The notes under the pieces were generated by a model. That model saw only the letters and a list, made by a program, of their open reading frames with translations, was not told the DNA's origin and ran no database searches. A stretch of DNA of 64,000 nt from Azolla caroliniana. Lineage: Eukaryota; Plantae; Polypodiophyta. The position numbers and the translations under genes were made by a program. The stretch is taken from contig JBHGNT010000022.1 in NCBI GenBank assembly GCA_043228905.1, forward strand, positions 8,680,001 to 8,744,000, written 5' to 3'. Shown here piece after piece: positions 59,537-64,000 of this stretch; the stretch's first letter is position 1, and every line of letters begins with the position of its first letter.

Positions 59537-61520
59537 GTTGTCGGACTGGAGTGTCTTCACTCGATGTCCTGATCGATTCTCCACTTCGGTTAACCACCGA
59601 GAGAAGATCTCAAGCGCTTCGTCTTTCGACCTAATCGAGTAGGCCCAGACCTTCTGTGTATAGTCATCTACAAATGTGACGAGGTACCGGGAACCTCCTA
59701 GTGATCGCTCAGGCATAGGCCCACATATATTTGTATGCACAAGCTCTAGGGGCTATCATACCGTCTCATAGTGGAGAGAGTGTGGACTTTGGGTCTGTTT
59801 CCCGTAACGACAATGCTCACATAAGTCCACCTTTGACTAGAGCTTCGGGATGTAGCCAATCACCATCGACCAATCTAATCCGGCTTGAAACATATGGTTG
59901 AGTCAGTCGAGCCATAGTTTTGGATCCCGCGATTCAGTTATGTTCACTTCCCCTTCTGGACTGATCGCCATCAATGGATACAAGTTATTTTACTTATATC
60001 CATTTCCGAATTTTAGATTTCCTTGGCTGATCATCCATTTCGACACACTAAGAGTCATTCGGTACCCGTCTTCGGCTAACATGTCAATGGAGACCAGACT
60101 CCTTTTGAGCTCGGGTACGTGCCGAACTTGGTGTAGGGTGATCGTATTACCGTTCGGCAATTGGATGGGGACCTCTCTGATCCCTGCGATTGTGCACTCC
60201 TGCCCATGGCCTAGTTAGATTGTGCCGTTGGCGCCGACCGCATAGTTCAAAAACCATTCGATGTTGGGGGTCACGTGAAATGTGGCACCAGAGTCCAGTA
60301 ACCACGTTTGTGCATCTTGCACACTATAAAGAACTTCTCCGATCATCAAATCCTCTAGAGAGAGAACTTGTCTTGATCGGGAGTCGGCAACATTGATTTG
60401 GTTACCAACTAGAGAATTGTTCGAGTCGGATCGTCCTGAGTTCCGCTCAAATCGTTGACCGTTCTCCTTCCTCTTCATCGACCAACAGTCGGAAATATTG
60501 TGACCAATTTTTCTGTAATGTGTGTAGAAATCACTTGACCTATTGTTCCTCGACTTCGACCACTATCGGTCTCCTCTTTCTCGGCCGATTAGAGTTTCAA
60601 CTGCTTCGTTCAGCTTGTTCTCCTGATCGACTAGATCGCTTGATTGACTCGGTCGAGTGGTGGGCTTATGCCGACTTGTCGATGGTGAGTCCCATCAATT
60701 TTCATCGAATGTCCTCTGTGAGAACTTGGCTGATTGTCTCGTCCAAGTTCAGCTTAGGACAACTGTTGGTGAAAGTCATGCAGAATACCTCCCAACTCAC
60801 TGGCAAGCTCGAAAGGAGGGAAAGGGCCTTAACTTCTTCTTCAAAGTTGATCCCTTGGGAGGAGAGTTCAGACAACACCCGACTGAAGGTGTTGATGTGG
60901 GAGGTTGTTGGATCCGTCTCTCTAATCTTTATGTTGAATAACTGTCGGATCAGTATCAACTTTGAAGAGGACTTCTTCTCATATATAACCTATAACTTCT
61001 CCCACAAAGAGAATGTTGTTGTCTCCTTAACCATGCTGGAATAAACATTTTCGGCCAGATGCATATGAATGGTGGAGCGTGCGATTTCATCCATGGATCT
61101 CCACTCTTCAGTAGACATTGAAGGAGGCTTTTCACTATGCTGGAAGGCTTCAACTTGTCTTTGGATGATTAGCACGTCTTGCATAATTTCTTTCCTTAAG
61201 GCGAAGTTCTTTCCATCGAACTTCCGAATCTCCACATTTGTGCCCAGATCGTGTCGCCATTTTTCTAGAAGATGGATGTTGTTGGCCTGGTCTTTTCTTT
61301 CAACCTTGGTTGCTTTTCGTTGCCGCGGAACAGCAAGGTTGCTCTGATACCACTTGCTGAGAAGTGTATACATATGTAGATATGCGGAAGAAGGTATGGG
61401 GTTCCGAGATTCCTTCTCAAAAGAATGAAAGAAAGAAAGAGAAGTGGAGAAGGAGAAGGAGAAAGGGCTAGTTTTGTAAATTCCTCTAACCTATATCTAA
61501 AAACCAAAACCCTGATGGAC

Positions 61521-61525
<5 letters not shown>
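59537..61525 (-). mobile_element. Ty1/Copia 5' fragment P (LTR remnant, PBS-Met, gag, PR, INT N-terminus)
   Basis: PBS TGGTATCAGAGC at 61341-61352; KFDGKNF, LLSSLPVSWE, WLLDSGATFHVT, DICGPM-like, TFVDDY; LTR extent beyond 61355 uncertain. Confidence 0.8.
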
Positions 61526-61566
<41 letters not shown>

Positions 61567-61599
61567 AATAACAAATTTCTGTGAGCTCTGCCTCCAGCT

Positions 61600-61864
61600 A
61601 TGGCGATCGATCCCGAAGCCGCAGGAGAAACACAGGCAAACGAAAGCCAAGCAGAGGAGGATTTAGAAGGAGACGATAAGTCTGAGATTAATGCAGAAGA
61701 TCTGCGCGAATTCACCGCTACTGACGATGCAGAACAGGCTACAGAAAAGAAAGAAGGAGAAAGCACAGAAGAAGGAGAAGGAGAAGGGGAAGGGGGAGAA
61801 GAAGGGGAAGGGGAAGAAGAACCAGGTGAGTGTCCCTTTTGTTTGTTCATGAAAGGAGGCCCTT

Positions 61865-61906
<42 letters not shown>

Positions 61907-61911
61907 AATAA
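61600..61911 (+). pseudogene. Partial tandem duplicate of the 5' half of the GCK-domain gene
   Basis: Near-identical to 61940-62245 at a 340-bp offset; reads into (GA)n as RERERE and stops. Confidence 0.85.
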
Positions 61912-61939
61912 CAAATTTCTGTGAGCTCTGCCTCCAGCT

Positions 61940-62659
61940 ATGGCGATCGATCCCGAAGCTGCAGGAGAAACACAGGCAAACGAAAGCCAATCAGAGGAGG
62001 ATTTAGAAGGAGATGATAAGTCTAAGATTAATGCAGAAGATCTGCGCGAATTCACCGCTACCGACAATGCAGAACAGGCTACAGAAAAGAAAGAAGGAGA
62101 AAGCACAGAAGAAGGAGAAAGCATAGAAGAAGGAGAAAGCACAGAAGAAGGAGAAAGCACAGAAGAAGGGGGAGAAGAAGGGGAAGGGGAGGAAGAACCA
62201 GGTGAGTGTCCCTTTTGCTTGTTCATGAAAGGAGGCCCTTGTAGAGATAACTTCATACAATGGGAAGAATGTGTCCAAACGGCAGAAGATGCGAAAGAAG
62301 ATATTGTAGAGAAATGTCATCAGATCACCTTCTTGTTGAAAGAATGTATGGAAGCGAACTCTGAGTATTATGAACCTGTCTTACAAGCTGAGAAAGCCAT
62401 GGGAGAGGCTATTCTTGAAGAATCATCATCATTATCTGCATCTCAAGAAGAAAATGACGGTCAAATCTCAAACCCAGCATTGCAAGATGCTGGCAATAAC
62501 AACAATAGCAATGAAAATAGAAGTTTTAATGAAGATGAAAACAGAAGTTCAGCTGTGGAAGCTCAGCCATCCGAAGAGGTAGAATCTCGAAGCTCTGAAG
62601 CTTCTTCACAAATTCTCCGAGATGGAAATGGATCATCAGAAAGTAGTGAAGGATCCTGA
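61940..62659 (+). CDS. GCK-domain protein (twin CX9C-like, putative mitochondrial intermembrane-space protein) with acidic termini
   Basis: ECPFCLFMKGGPCRDNFIQWEECV...VEKC...LKECMEANSEYYEPVL matches my recollection of the GCK family pattern; 239-aa uninterrupted ORF; probable 3'-UTR intron donor G|GTAAGT near 62681. Confidence 0.85.
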   Translation: MAIDPEAAGETQANESQSEEDLEGDDKSKINAEDLREFTATDNAEQATEKKEGESTEEGESIEEGESTEEGESTEEGGEEGEGEEEPGECPFCLFMKGGPCRDNFIQWEECVQTAEDAKEDIVEKCHQITFLLKECMEANSEYYEPVLQAEKAMGEAILEESSSLSASQEENDGQISNPALQDAGNNNNSNENRSFNEDENRSSAVEAQPSEEVESRSSEASSQILRDGNGSSESSEGS

Positions 62660-63727
62660 TAAAGAGTTAATATTCATCCAGGTAAGTGATACATATTTCA
62701 TCTCTTTTATGTATAATATAAAAATCCTAACCTAGATTCTAGTCTCTAGGGTGTAGGGCTTATTAGTAGCATCGGGGGTAAAAGAAAGTCGCATAGATAA
62801 AGTAATTGAACATTTGTCGCATCCTCACTTTAAGAAAGTTCATGATATAAAAAACAATATATACTCTTTTGAATTATATCTATATGGCTCTCCCTGTATG
62901 CAAGTAACCACATAAGTGTACATATTTCTGTAGCTGATTTCCTTTATATTACCAGGAAGAATGTAGGGCGCAAAGTTCTCAAAATGTTTTTCACAAACAT
63001 AACATCATTATCAATCCAGGGAGTGATCATGCATTCGAAAGGGAGAGGGGGTGGTTTATCATACTTGATTTATCCCACCTGATGAATCTGTTATGGAATG
63101 TTGTCTACGTCCTTAGAAGTGTGAAAAAGCTAAAATGTAAACTCCAAAATATTTGTTGTTTACCTCACTTTTGTAATGTATTTGTACGTTGTAAACTTGT
63201 TGGAAGGTTATTATATCTAGCAGTTTTCTAGTATCCAACAACACTAAGAGTTAGCAGTCATGCCAGTAATACGCAAGTGAAGACATTAAAAGTTCTTTTG
63301 CATTTTTCCTCTATTCTAGTTATATATCCACTATTTGAGATATTTGCCTTCCATGTGTCAATAATATGTAGCATAGGGTGTAAAACGTAATACTTCATAA
63401 AGGCAGATTGTGTGAATCTGCTCTGTCTTTGCATAGCCTATAGATATTATGTTACAAAGCAAGATACACTATATAATCAGCATATGGGAAATGTCCCAAT
63501 AGATGCCTTATATTCTTCTTTAATGAGTGCTCAATGTATAAGCTTGAGTTTAGACACATGACCTAGGCTAATGTAAATTGGAATATCATGATGTATTATC
63601 ATCCTCTGAGAAATTAGTGATATGACCAATGGAACCCCAAGCAAGTATTACAAGATTCTTCTCTTTTAATACAGATATTAAAACGCATGCAATTCATGCA
63701 TTTTCCTTAAATAAGGGGGCAGAGTGC

Positions 63728-63885
63728 TTGGGATGCAGAATCTTGTCACCATCTGAAATATGCTCATAGAACTGGAAAGATGGCTATGGGAATGGTGTTG
63801 GGGATGCAAAATCTCATTGCCATCTAGAATATACTGGTGGGAGTGGACAAATGGCGATGGGGATGCAAAAATCATTGCCATGTGA
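63728..63885. repeat. Degenerate tandem repeat (~60-70-bp unit, 3 copies)
   Basis: GGGATGCARAA..T..YCAT.TRRAAT core recurs near 63730, 63800 and 63860. Confidence 0.5.
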
Positions 63886-64000
63886 ATGTGTTGATGGGAG
63901 TGGTAAAACAGTTACGGGGATCGATGCCGCCATATTGTTACAGAGAATGTCAGGCTCTATCTGAGAAATTTAAATATTTTTATTTTGTTTTGGGGTGCTA

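Noticed and set aside
61497-62320. Minus-strand Ser/Pro/Phe-rich ORFs over the GCK gene
   Set aside because: Antisense shadows of the purine-rich coding strand.
62700-63700. Further exons or genes downstream of the GCK ORF
   Set aside because: AT-rich with no ORF; probably 3'-UTR intron or intergenic sequence.

Overview
This is eukaryotic, plant-type DNA, probably from a non-seed plant such as a fern, lycophyte or bryophyte (inferred only from the retroelement lineages). About 61.5 kb of the 64 kb is a deeply nested cluster of LTR retrotransposons. It contains two self-priming Tcn1/Tf1-like chromoviruses, one tRNA-Met-primed chromovirus, several Ty1/Copia elements, solo LTRs and at least eight members of a non-chromoviral Ty3/Gypsy family. 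That family has TGTCG...CGACA termini, a tRNA-Trp primer-binding site (PBS) and 4-bp target-site duplications (TSDs). The only recognisable host gene is a GCK-domain (twin CX9C-type) gene at 61940-62659, which has a partial tandem duplication. Main observations: (1) the TGTCG family inserted at nCGn in all 7 insertions with a readable flank, which suggests CpG-centred targeting; (2) antisense tRNA-like Pol III A/B-box modules sit in the LTRs of two unrelated Gypsy lineages; (3) a very young gag-only satellite element has a novel acidic/basic Gag tail and shares structured cis-elements with a longer relative; (4) a conserved Gag-PR / RT -1 frameshift; (5) covarying self-priming sites and heat-shock elements in the Tcn1-like LTRs; (6) a probable 5'-UTR intron in a chromovirus. 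All coordinates and alignments were read by eye and no database searches were run.
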